From Candidatus Hydrogenedentota bacterium (lineage in GTDB: Bacteria > Hydrogenedentota > Hydrogenedentia > Hydrogenedentales > JAEUWI01): DNA of 64,000 nucleotides. The stretch is from positions 189,248 to 253,247 of the forward strand of contig JAXMOL010000002.1 of NCBI GenBank assembly GCA_034669905.1, written 5' to 3'. The first letter of the stretch is position 1. Every line of letters begins with the position of its first letter. Below are positions 47,329 through 57,666 of this stretch, piece by piece. Under the pieces are notes generated by a model. It saw only the letters and a program-made list of their open reading frames with translations. It was not told the DNA's origin and searched no databases. The translations under genes and the position numbers were made by a program.

Positions 47329-50300
47329 GTGCTACTCGATAATCGAAAAAACGGAAACGTTGGTGAGGCGCTACGGGGGAAATTACATCCTGGCACCGAG
47401 TTATCCATTCTGACTGGCCTTTGCTCAATTTACGGCTTCAACGGGCTGAAAGAACACCTGACCGACGTCGATACCGCCCGTCTCATCTTATCTTCGGTAG
47501 AATCCCATATCGATGGTAGTATCCAAATATCGACACAAGGTCTAACGGGTGAGTCCTCGGAACGTCGTCTCCGCAATCAATTGAATCAACGTCTTGTTGC
47601 CCAGGCCTTTTCAACCTGGGTGGCAGATAGGGCAGAAGTACGGGCAGCAAAACCAGCGGTGCAGTTGCCTCAGAATCTCTTCCATATCCAAAACCAAGGT
47701 GGCGCATTGGCTGTACAGGGAAGTTCCGATTTCACGGCGGCGGGTCTTGGGCAAGTTGATTCTTCCAAATACTACATGAACACCCTCCTGACCGATTCCG
47801 ACGCCACGACCGCTCTTCTCCAATGGTATAACGAAATCTGGAACAACCCCGTTGCGGTCGCGGAAGCCAAGGGAGAGCTCATACGTCAACTCTCCATACT
47901 CACGGAGGAAAAGTCCCCCGCTTTTATCTACTTCCTGACCTTGTACAATCTGTTCAAGGATTTTCTGGCTGATTTAGATGAAGAGAACATCATAAAGACC
48001 AAGACGGGCTTCAAAGATACACTCGTCTGGAAAATGCTCTACAAGTTTCAGAAAGATGGCGTCCTGGGGGCAATTGATAAGCTGGAGAAGTACAACGGCT
48101 GCATCATAGCCGACAGCGTGGGCTTGGGTAAGACCTTCGAGGCCTTGGCCGTCATCAAGTATTACGAACTACGCAATGACCGGGTGCTGGTTCTGTGTCC
48201 GAAGAAGCTCCGGGAAAACTGGACTATCTACACGGTGAACGACAAGAGAAACATCTTGTCATCAGACCGATTCAATTACGACGTGCTCAATCACACCGAC
48301 TTAACCCGTCTCCAGGGGCAGTCAGGCGAAATCAATCTGGAAACGTTAAACTGGGGCAATTATGACCTGATTGTTATTGACGAGTCCCACAATTTCCGAA
48401 ACAATCCCCCCAGGAAAAAAGGAACCACGCGCTACGCCCGCATGATGGAAGACATCATCCGGTCGGGCGTCAAGACTCGGGTTCTCATGCTATCCGCCAC
48501 ACCGGTCAACAGCCGAATGAACGACCTTAAGAACCAAGTGGCATTCATCACCGAAGGAAACGATACCGCCTACTTCGACATGGGAATTCGAAGTATCGAA
48601 GAGACGCTACGGAAAGCCCAGACACGATTCAATCGGTGGCTGGAGATGGAGCCGGTGGAGCGGAATTTGGAAGACCTTCTGGAGTCGATGAACTTTGACT
48701 ATTTTAAGCTGCTGGATATGCTTACCATCGCCCGCTCCAGAAAGCACATCGAGAAGTACTACGACATAAAGGAAATCGGCGAATTCCCAGAGCGGAAGAG
48801 ACCACTCAATATTAAAGAAGACATCGACCTGGAAGAGCAATACCCCCCTCTAAGCGAGATTAACCGGACCATCAAAAAGCTGAATCTCGCCGCCTATGCC
48901 CCTCTCAAATATGTGCGGATGGATAAGCGTGCTGAATACAGCCGCAAGTATGATATGCAAGTCAAGGGCGGGTCCGTTTTTAAGCAGGTTGATCGAGAAG
49001 AGAATCTCATTCACCTGATGCGGATAAATCTTCTCAAGCGTATGGAAAGTTCCATCAATTCATTCTCGTTGACCGTGGAGAAATTACTCCATAAGGTGAA
49101 TGACCTCGTTGACCGTATCGACCAGAAAGACGATACGGGTCTTGAGGACATGAACATTGAAGACATCGAGGTAGACGACCCTGAATTCGATGATTTCCTT
49201 ATCGGGACAAAGGTCAAAGTGCTCTTTCAGGACATCGATGTAATTCGATGGAAGCAGGACCTGGATGATGATCGTGAGAAGTTGGTAGTCCTGCTTCGGG
49301 AGTCTCAGGCAATCACCGCCGAACGAGACAAGAAGCTCCATCGTCTAAAGGCCATGATCGCTAAGAAAAGTGACCAGCCCCTGAACGACGGCAACAACAA
49401 GGTCATCGTGTTCACTGCCTTTGCCGATACCGCAGAGTACCTCTACAAGAACATTGCCGACTGGATTGGCTCACGCATGGGGCTCTATACCGCACTCGTC
49501 ACGGGGAGCCGGACGAACCAGACTAATTGCCCGGACATCCGAAACGATGTGAATAGCATTCTCACCGCATTCTCACCCATTTCGAAAGAGCGCCGTAAAA
49601 TCGACGACACGGCCACCAACGAGATTGATATCCTCATCGCCACGGACTGTATATCGGAGGGGCAAAATCTACAGGACTGCGACTACCTCATCAACTACGA
49701 CATTCACTGGAATCCAGTTCGAATTATTCAACGTTTTGGCCGTATCGACCGGCTGGGCTCGAAGAACAAGACCGTCCAGCTTGTGAACTTTTGGCCCAAC
49801 ATGGAGCTGGATGAATACATCAATCTGGAAGCTCGTGTCAGTGGGCGTATGGTCCTACTGGACATCTCTGCCACCGGGGAAGAGAACCTAATCGACCCCC
49901 GTGGCAAGAAAAAGATGAACGATCTGGAGTACCGGCGAAAACAACTTCAGCAGCTTCAGGACAACGTGGTGGACTTGGAAGATATGTCTGGTGGTGTATC
50001 CATCACCGACATGACGCTCAACGATTTCCGAATGGATTTGTCCGAGTATATGAAAGGGCATCTAGGGCTCTTGGAACAGGCCCCCGTGGGACTTTATGCC
50101 GTTACGGCGCTGGAAGATGAACTGGCGGCGTTGGAGCTGGAACCCGGCGCTATCTTCTGCCTGAAGAACGTGGGCGAACCCACTACCGTGGGCGACTCCT
50201 ACGCGCTTGCGCCCCACTATCTCGTCTACGTTACGGACGACGGACAAGTAAAACACAATTTCCTTCACGCCAAAAAGATTTTGGATGTCCTGAAAAAACA

Positions 50301-50541
50301 GGGCTTGGGTCGGAATCTCCCGGATGAACAAGCCGTCGACCTGTTTCTAGATGACACCGACCAAGGCAGGAATATGGCCCACTATCGCGAGTTACTGGAT
50401 GTTGCCGTGGGCAGTGTTGTCGGGAAGAAAGAGGAAAAAGGGGGCGAAAGCCTTTTTCAGCGCGGGGGAACTACGTTGACATCATCAGGCTTCCAGGGCA
50501 TGCGGGATATCGAAGTGATCTGCTATTTGATCATCAAATGA
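47329..50541 (+). CDS. SNF2-family helicase with N-terminal degenerate PLD-like domain
   Basis: ADSVGLGKT, DESHNFRN, SATP, SEGQNLQD, QRFGRIDR; GSSDFT..GL. Confidence 0.92.
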   Translation: MLLDNRKNGNVGEALRGKLHPGTELSILTGLCSIYGFNGLKEHLTDVDTARLILSSVESHIDGSIQISTQGLTGESSERRLRNQLNQRLVAQAFSTWVADRAEVRAAKPAVQLPQNLFHIQNQGGALAVQGSSDFTAAGLGQVDSSKYYMNTLLTDSDATTALLQWYNEIWNNPVAVAEAKGELIRQLSILTEEKSPAFIYFLTLYNLFKDFLADLDEENIIKTKTGFKDTLVWKMLYKFQKDGVLGAIDKLEKYNGCIIADSVGLGKTFEALAVIKYYELRNDRVLVLCPKKLRENWTIYTVNDKRNILSSDRFNYDVLNHTDLTRLQGQSGEINLETLNWGNYDLIVIDESHNFRNNPPRKKGTTRYARMMEDIIRSGVKTRVLMLSATPVNSRMNDLKNQVAFITEGNDTAYFDMGIRSIEETLRKAQTRFNRWLEMEPVERNLEDLLESMNFDYFKLLDMLTIARSRKHIEKYYDIKEIGEFPERKRPLNIKEDIDLEEQYPPLSEINRTIKKLNLAAYAPLKYVRMDKRAEYSRKYDMQVKGGSVFKQVDREENLIHLMRINLLKRMESSINSFSLTVEKLLHKVNDLVDRIDQKDDTGLEDMNIEDIEVDDPEFDDFLIGTKVKVLFQDIDVIRWKQDLDDDREKLVVLLRESQAITAERDKKLHRLKAMIAKKSDQPLNDGNNKVIVFTAFADTAEYLYKNIADWIGSRMGLYTALVTGSRTNQTNCPDIRNDVNSILTAFSPISKERRKIDDTATNEIDILIATDCISEGQNLQDCDYLINYDIHWNPVRIIQRFGRIDRLGSKNKTVQLVNFWPNMELDEYINLEARVSGRMVLLDISATGEENLIDPRGKKKMNDLEYRRKQLQQLQDNVVDLEDMSGGVSITDMTLNDFRMDLSEYMKGHLGLLEQAPVGLYAVTALEDELAALELEPGAIFCLKNVGEPTTVGDSYALAPHYLVYVTDDGQVKHNFLHAKKILDVLKKQGLGRNLPDEQAVDLFLDDTDQGRNMAHYRELLDVAVGSVVGKKEEKGGESLFQRGGTTLTSSGFQGMRDIEVICYLIIK

Positions 50542-51299
50542 GCGTCATGCTGGCATCCTTCTACGAGAACTTTTCCATACCGGATTCTTGCCGCTCAGGG
50601 AGCCGGGTCTCTAAGAAACTTCTGCAAGAGAATGCCAAGCTATCCGCAACCGACAAAAAGGCTATCTCGGAAGATATTGAGTCCATTCATGTGCACTATG
50701 AAGTTGCACCTGAAACCATTAACATTCCAAGTTACGAAGATGATACTCGTGAGTATCTCAAGGTATTCGTCCTTCAGGTTGTGCTCCGCTCACCAAGATA
50801 TTTCAAACGTATTGGGGAAATCGTGCAGCGGGCCATTCCAAGTCCGGTCTTAGTCGTCTTTTCCCACGGGGAAGAACTCGCCCTTAATGCGGCGGAGAAA
50901 CGAATCAATCAAGCGGACCGTTCCCAGCTGGTGGTGGAGCGCTTCCACGATACAGGATGGCTTGATGCAGCGGCGTTGACACCTTGGCAAGCTTCTTTTC
51001 TGGAGGATTTCATTGCCATGCGGTTTTCCTATGCGAACTATTGGGCCTTCTATTCCGCCATGGTAGACCGAATTGTTGCGCTCAATTGTGCCGAATTCAG
51101 CCGTGAATACACCCTTGATCCAAAGACTACCGGCCCAAGCCGGGTCGATGCTTTGAATGAACTCCGAAAACTTCACGCCGACCAGGAAAAGACGCGAAAT
51201 ACGTTAAAAAAGGAGACGCAATTTAACCGGCAGGTTGATCTCAACATGAAACTCAAAGAGTTAGAGCAGGCCATAGAGGCCTGCATGAAGTTTATATAG
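50538..51299 (+). CDS. DUF4391 family protein
   Basis: I.RAIP, KRINQAD, KKETQFNRQVDLN; lies between SNF2 and mod. Confidence 0.85.
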   Translation: MSVMLASFYENFSIPDSCRSGSRVSKKLLQENAKLSATDKKAISEDIESIHVHYEVAPETINIPSYEDDTREYLKVFVLQVVLRSPRYFKRIGEIVQRAIPSPVLVVFSHGEELALNAAEKRINQADRSQLVVERFHDTGWLDAAALTPWQASFLEDFIAMRFSYANYWAFYSAMVDRIVALNCAEFSREYTLDPKTTGPSRVDALNELRKLHADQEKTRNTLKKETQFNRQVDLNMKLKELEQAIEACMKFI

Positions 51300-51388
51300 T
51301 TGGAAGGGTACAATGTGTCAAAATTGCAGGGACTGTTGAGGCCGGGAATTCTGGAAGCGACACGATCATGTCACCCAAGGGGGAATAG

Positions 51389-53320
51389 ATGATGAATAAG
51401 CTAAACGCGACGGAGGACGGTCAGAGTCTGGACCTGCGGCGGGACAACTTAGACCGGCTCAAGGCCCTCTTCCCCGACTTGGTGTGTGACGGCAAGGTCG
51501 ATTTCGAAGCCTTGAAGGATACCTTTAGCGAAGATCTGCACCCACCAGAGCGCTACAGCTTCACCTGGCATGGCAAATCACAGGCGCGACGGATCACCCA
51601 GACCCCTACCACGGGTACGCTACGGCCTTGCCCGGAAGAATCGGTCAACTGGGACACCACCCAGAACCTTTTCATTGAAGGGGATAATCTGGAAGTGCTT
51701 AAGCTGCTCCAGAAGTCCTACCACAAGAAGATAAAGATGGTCTATATCGACCCACCCTACAATACGGGGAACGATTTCGTCTATCCCGACAATTTCAATG
51801 ACAACGTGGCCAACTATCTCGACATTACCGGGCAGGTGGGAGACGATGGCCGCCGATTCTCCGCCAATTCCGAGACATTGGGCCGCTATCACACCAACTG
51901 GCTCAACATGATGTATCCGAGGCTGAAACTCGCCCGGAACCTCATGCGGGACGATGGCGTTATCTTCATTTCCATCGACGACAACGAGTGTCCCCGTTTG
52001 CGCCAATTGTGCGACGAGATCTTCGGTGAAGACAACTTCGTTGCACAGATTTCTGTTATCAACAACCCCGCTGGCCGCTTGCTGGACAAGTACATCGGTA
52101 CATGCCACGAGTACCTCGTTGTGTACGCGAAGAATGAATTGCCTGATGGTGCACTGGCGGTTTCCAAATCTCCGGAAGAAATGGCAAAGAGCTTTCCTAA
52201 GCAGGACGAGCACGGGGCCTATCGGGATGAAGAGCTGCGTAACGGCCACCGTGAATTCGGCAGACACAACCGCCCCAAGCTCTACTACCCCATCTACGTC
52301 GCCGAAGATGGTAGCGTCAGCCTGGACCCAGCCCCCGACCACGAAGAGATTCTTCCGATCTGGGACGACGGTTTCGAGGGCTGCTGGACCTGGGGCAATC
52401 CAAAGGCCCGTGACGAAGTTCACCTGCTTCGGGGAAAGCGGGTAAAAGGGGCTTGGAAGATATACCGTAGGTCCTATGCCAGCGCCCAGGGCGACGCGCC
52501 AACAAAAAAGGTAAAAACGGTCTGGTCCGAGAACGGCTATTTCACCAAGAATGGCCAGAGCGCCTTCAACGCGCTCTTCGACACGCGAGAAAAGGTCTTC
52601 CAATCCCCCAAGCCGGTGGACCTGCTGAAAACCGCCATGGAGATGGCCCAAGTGGGCGATGGCTATATACTGGACTTTTTCTCTGGTTCCTGTACCACCG
52701 CCCATGCGACCCTGGCGTCCAATGGTGACGACCAAGGTTCCCGGAAGTTTATCATGATTCAGCTTCCCGAGCTTTGTGACAAGGATTCCGAGGCTTTCAA
52801 AGCGGGGTTCGAGACTATCGCGGAAATTGGCAAAGAACGAATACGCAAAGTCGGCCAGCAACTGGCGGCTGCCCATGAAGCAAGCCCGTCAAAAAAGTTG
52901 GACCTTGGGTTTCGGGTGTACAAACTGGACTCATCGAACATCAAGTCGTGGGATGGACAGCGCGAGGCGACGGAGCAGTCCCTGCTGGATATCGTCGATC
53001 CCATCAAAGAGGACCGGTCCGAATCCGATGTCCTTTATGAAATCCTGCTCAAGTATGGGCTCAATCTCAATCTGCCCGTGGAAACCCGTGTCTTTGACGG
53101 GCGCACCGTCTACGCCGTGGGTTTTGGCGCGCTGATGGTCTGCCTATCTGAGGCGATTGCGCTGGATGTGGTCAATGCCCTCGGGGCCTGGAAGGTGAAA
53201 CTGGGATCGGCGGTAACACGGGTGGTATTCCGGGATGGGGGCTTCGCCGACGACTTGGTGAAGGCGAACGCCATCGAAGACCTGAAACGCTATGACATTC
53301 ACGATGTGAAAAGTATTTAG
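51389..53320 (+). CDS. mod: Type III R-M methyltransferase subunit, copy 1
   Basis: NLFIEGDNLEVLK, IDPPYNTG, PKP, LDFFSGSCTT. Confidence 0.95.
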   Translation: MMNKLNATEDGQSLDLRRDNLDRLKALFPDLVCDGKVDFEALKDTFSEDLHPPERYSFTWHGKSQARRITQTPTTGTLRPCPEESVNWDTTQNLFIEGDNLEVLKLLQKSYHKKIKMVYIDPPYNTGNDFVYPDNFNDNVANYLDITGQVGDDGRRFSANSETLGRYHTNWLNMMYPRLKLARNLMRDDGVIFISIDDNECPRLRQLCDEIFGEDNFVAQISVINNPAGRLLDKYIGTCHEYLVVYAKNELPDGALAVSKSPEEMAKSFPKQDEHGAYRDEELRNGHREFGRHNRPKLYYPIYVAEDGSVSLDPAPDHEEILPIWDDGFEGCWTWGNPKARDEVHLLRGKRVKGAWKIYRRSYASAQGDAPTKKVKTVWSENGYFTKNGQSAFNALFDTREKVFQSPKPVDLLKTAMEMAQVGDGYILDFFSGSCTTAHATLASNGDDQGSRKFIMIQLPELCDKDSEAFKAGFETIAEIGKERIRKVGQQLAAAHEASPSKKLDLGFRVYKLDSSNIKSWDGQREATEQSLLDIVDPIKEDRSESDVLYEILLKYGLNLNLPVETRVFDGRTVYAVGFGALMVCLSEAIALDVVNALGAWKVKLGSAVTRVVFRDGGFADDLVKANAIEDLKRYDIHDVKSI

Positions 53321-53384
53321 CGTCCGCCCAACGCTAGAAGACTGAGTGACCAGCGCCCCAGGCGGCCAATAAAACGATAGGACA

Positions 53385-55421
53385 GTGATGAATAAACTCG
53401 ACCCCAACGTGGATGGTGCCAGCAAGGATATTCTCCAGGAGAATGTCGAGAAACTACAGTCCCTGTTTCCTGAGGTATTCACCGAAGGCAAGGTGGATTT
53501 CGACGCCCTTAGGGAGACCTTGGGCGAATACGTTGAGGACAAGGAAGAGCGCTACAGTTTTACCTGGCACGGAAAGGCAAATGCCCGTCGCATTGCCCAG
53601 ACACCCTCCACAGGCACCCTACGACCCTGTCCAGAAGAGTCGGTGAACTGGGACACCACCCAAAACCTTTTCATTGAGGGCGACAACCTGGAGGTGCTGA
53701 AGCTACTTCAAAAGTCCTATCACAATAAGGTGAACGTGATTTACATAGATCCCCCGTACAACACAGGCAATGAGTTTATTTATCCAGACAACTACAAGGA
53801 CAATCTGGATACGTACCGGCTATATACCGGACAGATCGATGGTGATGGACTCAAGGTAAGTGCAAACACGGAATCTGCGGGCCGATATCACACCAACTGG
53901 TTGAACATGATCTACCCGAGGTTGAAACTGGCCAGAAACCTTCTCACACGAGACGGCGTACTATTGATTTCTATCGACGAACATGAATTTAGAAACTTGA
54001 GGAAATTAACAGATGAAATTATGGGGGAGGAGAATTTCGTCGCCGATCTGGTATGGGAGAAAACCCGCAAGAACGACGCCCGACTTTTCAGCGTTGGTCA
54101 TGAGTATATGCTTGTATACGCACGTGATCTACAGCACCTGAAAGATATCGGAACGATTTGGCGTGAGTCGAAGCCAGGGGCTAAAGAAATCGGCGAGAAA
54201 TGGGAAGACTTGCGAAAACGCCATGGGGAGAACTACTCCGCAATGGAATTGGAATTGCGCGAGTGGTACAAGTCGTTACCCAAGACACATCCATCCAAGA
54301 AGTTGAGTAGATACAAGCACATAGACAGCTTCGGGCCATGGCGAGATAGGGATATTTCTTGGCCCGGTGGCGGTGGGCCACGGTACGATGTCCTGCACCC
54401 TGAGACGGGCAAACCCTGTGCGGTTCCCGAGAGTGGGTGGAGATTCAGTTCTCCAGAATCGATGCAACGACAGATTGAACTTGGTCTGGTAGTCTTCAGG
54501 GAGGATCATACCAATCCTCCCTTCAGAAAGGCACATTTGTTTCCACTTCCAGACGAGAGTGCGACAGAGATCGACGATTCTGAAACTGTTGAAGAGAATG
54601 GAGAAGAAGCTGTAACCGCAGGGCTTCAAGTCATGCCAAGTGTTATTTACAAGCAGTCACAGGTGGCGACGAAATACCTCCGATCCTTAATGGGCAAAAA
54701 ACTTTTCGACAATCCGAAAGATCACGAAGTCCTGGCCCGTCTCATTCAATACATGGGCAAATCGGGTGCAACGGTTCTGGATTTCTTTGCGGGGTCGTGC
54801 GCAACAGCGGATGCGGTACTCCAGACGGCTCAATCTAGCGGAAACAAGAGTAGATTCATGATGGTTCAGTTGCCGGAGCCGTGCGCGGAAAGTTCAAATG
54901 CAGCGAAGGAAGGGTACGCTAACATAGCGGAAATCGGAAAGGAGCGCATCCGAAGAGCCGCTGCAAGTATCCGAAAAAACGCACCCGAATACCAAGGTGA
55001 TCTTGGCTTCAAGGTCTTCAAGCTCGACGCCTCCAACATCAAACCGTGGGACGCGGACTTTGACGACTTGGACAACGCCCTCCTCGACTCCGTGGAGAAC
55101 ATCAAGAAAGACCGCAGCGAAGCAGATGTGCTCTATGAACTGTTGCTGAAATACGGCCTCGATCTGGCCGTGCCCATCGAAGAACGAACGGTTGGGGACA
55201 AGACCGTTTATTGCATCGGGCTGGGTGCCCTGGTGGTGTGCCTGGACCCAGACATCACCCTGGAGGTGGTGGAGGCCATCGGTCTGCTCAAAGACGAACT
55301 CAGCCCGGAATCGGCCATGCGGGTGGTCTTCAAGGATGGTGGCTTCAAGGATGATGTGGTCAAGACCAACGCGATCCAAGAATTGAAACGACATGGCGTC
55401 GACGATGTGCGAAGTCTTTGA
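53385..55421 (+). CDS. mod: Type III R-M methyltransferase subunit, copy 2
   Basis: IDPPYNTG, FDNPKD, LDFFAGS; central TRD differs from copy 1. Confidence 0.95.
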   Translation: MMNKLDPNVDGASKDILQENVEKLQSLFPEVFTEGKVDFDALRETLGEYVEDKEERYSFTWHGKANARRIAQTPSTGTLRPCPEESVNWDTTQNLFIEGDNLEVLKLLQKSYHNKVNVIYIDPPYNTGNEFIYPDNYKDNLDTYRLYTGQIDGDGLKVSANTESAGRYHTNWLNMIYPRLKLARNLLTRDGVLLISIDEHEFRNLRKLTDEIMGEENFVADLVWEKTRKNDARLFSVGHEYMLVYARDLQHLKDIGTIWRESKPGAKEIGEKWEDLRKRHGENYSAMELELREWYKSLPKTHPSKKLSRYKHIDSFGPWRDRDISWPGGGGPRYDVLHPETGKPCAVPESGWRFSSPESMQRQIELGLVVFREDHTNPPFRKAHLFPLPDESATEIDDSETVEENGEEAVTAGLQVMPSVIYKQSQVATKYLRSLMGKKLFDNPKDHEVLARLIQYMGKSGATVLDFFAGSCATADAVLQTAQSSGNKSRFMMVQLPEPCAESSNAAKEGYANIAEIGKERIRRAAASIRKNAPEYQGDLGFKVFKLDASNIKPWDADFDDLDNALLDSVENIKKDRSEADVLYELLLKYGLDLAVPIEERTVGDKTVYCIGLGALVVCLDPDITLEVVEAIGLLKDELSPESAMRVVFKDGGFKDDVVKTNAIQELKRHGVDDVRSL

Positions 55422-55430
55422 GGGGCAATC

Positions 55431-56225
55431 ATGTACCTAATGTATGTTGACGAAAGTGGCGATTGTGGTATGGCCGCCGATGGTTCTCCAACCCGATACT
55501 TCTGTCTGTCGGGGCTGGTGGTACATGAGCTTCGCTGGCGTGAGACACTATCTGAACTCCTTCAGTTTCGTCACAACATCAAACGGCGATACAAGGTGTA
55601 TCTCGATGATGAAATCCATTCCGCAGAAATGATCAATAAGCCCGGCAAGCTGGCACCAACGCTTCGGGCGCTTGATAAGCATGAGCGATTGGCCATCCTC
55701 CGGCACTACGCCGATAGGATGGCGACACTGCCGAACGTCAGCCTAATCAATGTGGTGGTTGATAAGCAGGCTGGACGTGTAAACACGAAGGGAGAGGTGT
55801 TCCGACGGGCATGGTACACACTGTTCCAGCGCTTCGAGAATACGATTCGCTACCAGAACTTTCCCGGCCCCAAGAATTCGGATGACCAGGGAATTGTCTT
55901 TCCCGATAGCACGGATGGCTTCAAGCTAAAGCGGTATCTCGAAGATATGCGTCTGAGCAACCCGTTCCGAATTCGACAGCGGGATGGGGCTCACTTCTAC
56001 AAGGATGAACCCATTCGTGTCATTATCGAAGACCCCGTTCCCCGCGATTCCCACGGGTCCTACTTTATTCAAACAGCCGACTGTGCCGTTTTCTTGTTGA
56101 AACAGCATATCGAGCCATCGGCCTATATGAAGCGACAGGGTGGAAACGCCTACTTCAAACGGCTGGACCCTATACTTTGTAAAGAGGCGACCCGAAAGCA
56201 CGCGGAAGGAATCGTTATGCTGTAG
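55431..56225 (+). CDS. DUF3800 family protein (RNase H-like acidic motifs)
   Basis: MYLMYVDESGD, EIH, FPD, DS..SYFIQTAD. Confidence 0.9.
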   Translation: MYLMYVDESGDCGMAADGSPTRYFCLSGLVVHELRWRETLSELLQFRHNIKRRYKVYLDDEIHSAEMINKPGKLAPTLRALDKHERLAILRHYADRMATLPNVSLINVVVDKQAGRVNTKGEVFRRAWYTLFQRFENTIRYQNFPGPKNSDDQGIVFPDSTDGFKLKRYLEDMRLSNPFRIRQRDGAHFYKDEPIRVIIEDPVPRDSHGSYFIQTADCAVFLLKQHIEPSAYMKRQGGNAYFKRLDPILCKEATRKHAEGIVML

Positions 56226-56227
56226 GC

Positions 56228-56292
56228 AAAAAAAAGGGGCCGGTTAAGGCCCTGGGGGATCCTACTACTCGGACTTCCCGAGTCTCAGATCC
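56228..56292 (-). ncRNA. Candidate 65-nt DUF3800-associated small RNA, convergent on the gene
   Basis: GGAUC..ACUCGG-GAAGU-CCGAGU..GAUCC hairpin, then GGGCC/GGCCC stem and U8. Confidence 0.78.
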
Positions 56293-56298
56293 GTACTA

Positions 56299-56327
56299 AC
56301 TATACAATCTCGTTGCACATTAGTCAA
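56299..56327 (-). promoter_or_regulatory. Sigma70 promoter of the small RNA
   Basis: TTGACT-N17-TATAGT on the minus strand; first G is 7 nt downstream. Confidence 0.85.
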
Positions 56328-56640
56328 TACAAATGGTGTAAAAACTAATGGCCGTGATTGCCGAAGAGGCATCACAACCCATTGAAAAAACAAGACTTGT
56401 ATCCCCTTAGTGAAAGACGTTTACCCCGTTTGGGGCCATAGAAAAAGCAAAATAGTATTGCGAGATTGCATGAAACGCAGGAAAGCCTATGAGACGCCAG
56501 AGCCAGAGCCTGAGCTCAGGGCAGCTATCTGGATAGTTCGAATAGGAAACGTCAGCGAAGTGGTTCCAGCGATGGAACGTTACAGCCCGGACCTGCTGGG
56601 GTGAGAAGAATCTTGTAATTCTTGGGAGTACTTTGATTCC

Positions 56641-57663
56641 ATGTCTGATACATTAGCCAAAAGTCTGGTCGACCGCCAGAATATCTTGAACAACCCCTAT
56701 GCAATTCAGGAGATCGAGAAAGCCACCCAGGTCAAAGGTATTCCCTTTGAGGGCAAAAGTGTGCTTACCAAAGAGCAAGTGGCGGCATTTTTTGAGGTAA
56801 CACCCCGTACGATTGACAACTATATCGACCAATTTGGTGACGAACTGCGTCAAAACGGTTACGAGGTAATTCGGGGTAAGCGATTGCAATCGCTCAAGTT
56901 AGCGGTTTCGAGTCTTGATGTTAATGAAACAACTTTCATTAACATCAAAACACCAATAATCGGCGTATTTGATTTTCGAGCTTTTCTCAATATAGGCATG
57001 CTGATCGGAGAGAGTGATCGTGCCCGCTTGTTGCGCCAGTTGGTGCTGGATATTGCCATAGACGCCATCAACGAGCGGACAGGCGGTGGTACCAAGTACA
57101 TAAATCAGCGCGATGAAGATTTCGTGCAAGCATGGTTCCAGGAAGAGAATTACCGGAAGCAGTTTACGGATGCGCTTCGGGATTGTGTGGCGCTGGGATC
57201 GTTCAAGTACCCCATGTATACGAACAAGATCTATGTGAGCATCTTCCGGGAGGACGCAAAAGAGTACCGAAAGATACTGAAGCTCCATGAAAAGGATAAG
57301 GTTCGGGAAACCTTCTATACCGAAATCCTTGACCTGGTGGCGTCGTACGAGTGTGGTTTCGCGGATGTGCTTAGCAAAGGCAGTCAGCGGTTGGGCAGAA
57401 AGCTCAGTGCCGCTGAAGTGGACGAACTTTTTCGGGATTTCGAACAATCAGCTCACTGGAAACCCCTCGTTGAAAAGGCGCGAAACAAGATGGCCAGTCG
57501 CGACCTCGCCTTTCGCGATGCCTTACACAAACAGCTGGAAGAGTACGTCACGCCCGTGGAAGCCGCTGACTTTGAGCGGTTCCTTGGTGAGAAGAGCAAG
57601 GAGCTGGAAGAGCGCCTTGAGGATGCCAAGGATGTGATGAAGCGGCTGAAAGAACGCGAGTAG
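56641..57663 (+). CDS. Putative DNA-binding protein paired with Doc
   Basis: HTH-like TKEQVAAFFEVTPRTIDNY, GGTKYINQRD; 3 bp from the doc gene. Confidence 0.75.
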   Translation: MSDTLAKSLVDRQNILNNPYAIQEIEKATQVKGIPFEGKSVLTKEQVAAFFEVTPRTIDNYIDQFGDELRQNGYEVIRGKRLQSLKLAVSSLDVNETTFINIKTPIIGVFDFRAFLNIGMLIGESDRARLLRQLVLDIAIDAINERTGGGTKYINQRDEDFVQAWFQEENYRKQFTDALRDCVALGSFKYPMYTNKIYVSIFREDAKEYRKILKLHEKDKVRETFYTEILDLVASYECGFADVLSKGSQRLGRKLSAAEVDELFRDFEQSAHWKPLVEKARNKMASRDLAFRDALHKQLEEYVTPVEAADFERFLGEKSKELEERLEDAKDVMKRLKERE

Positions 57664-57666
57664 TCT

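Noticed and set aside
51620..52876. 418-aa ORF antisense to mod copy 1
   Set aside because: Shadow frame of the methyltransferase
56410..56604. 64-aa ORF between the small-RNA promoter and the DNA-binding gene
   Set aside because: No clear RBS or recognisable motif
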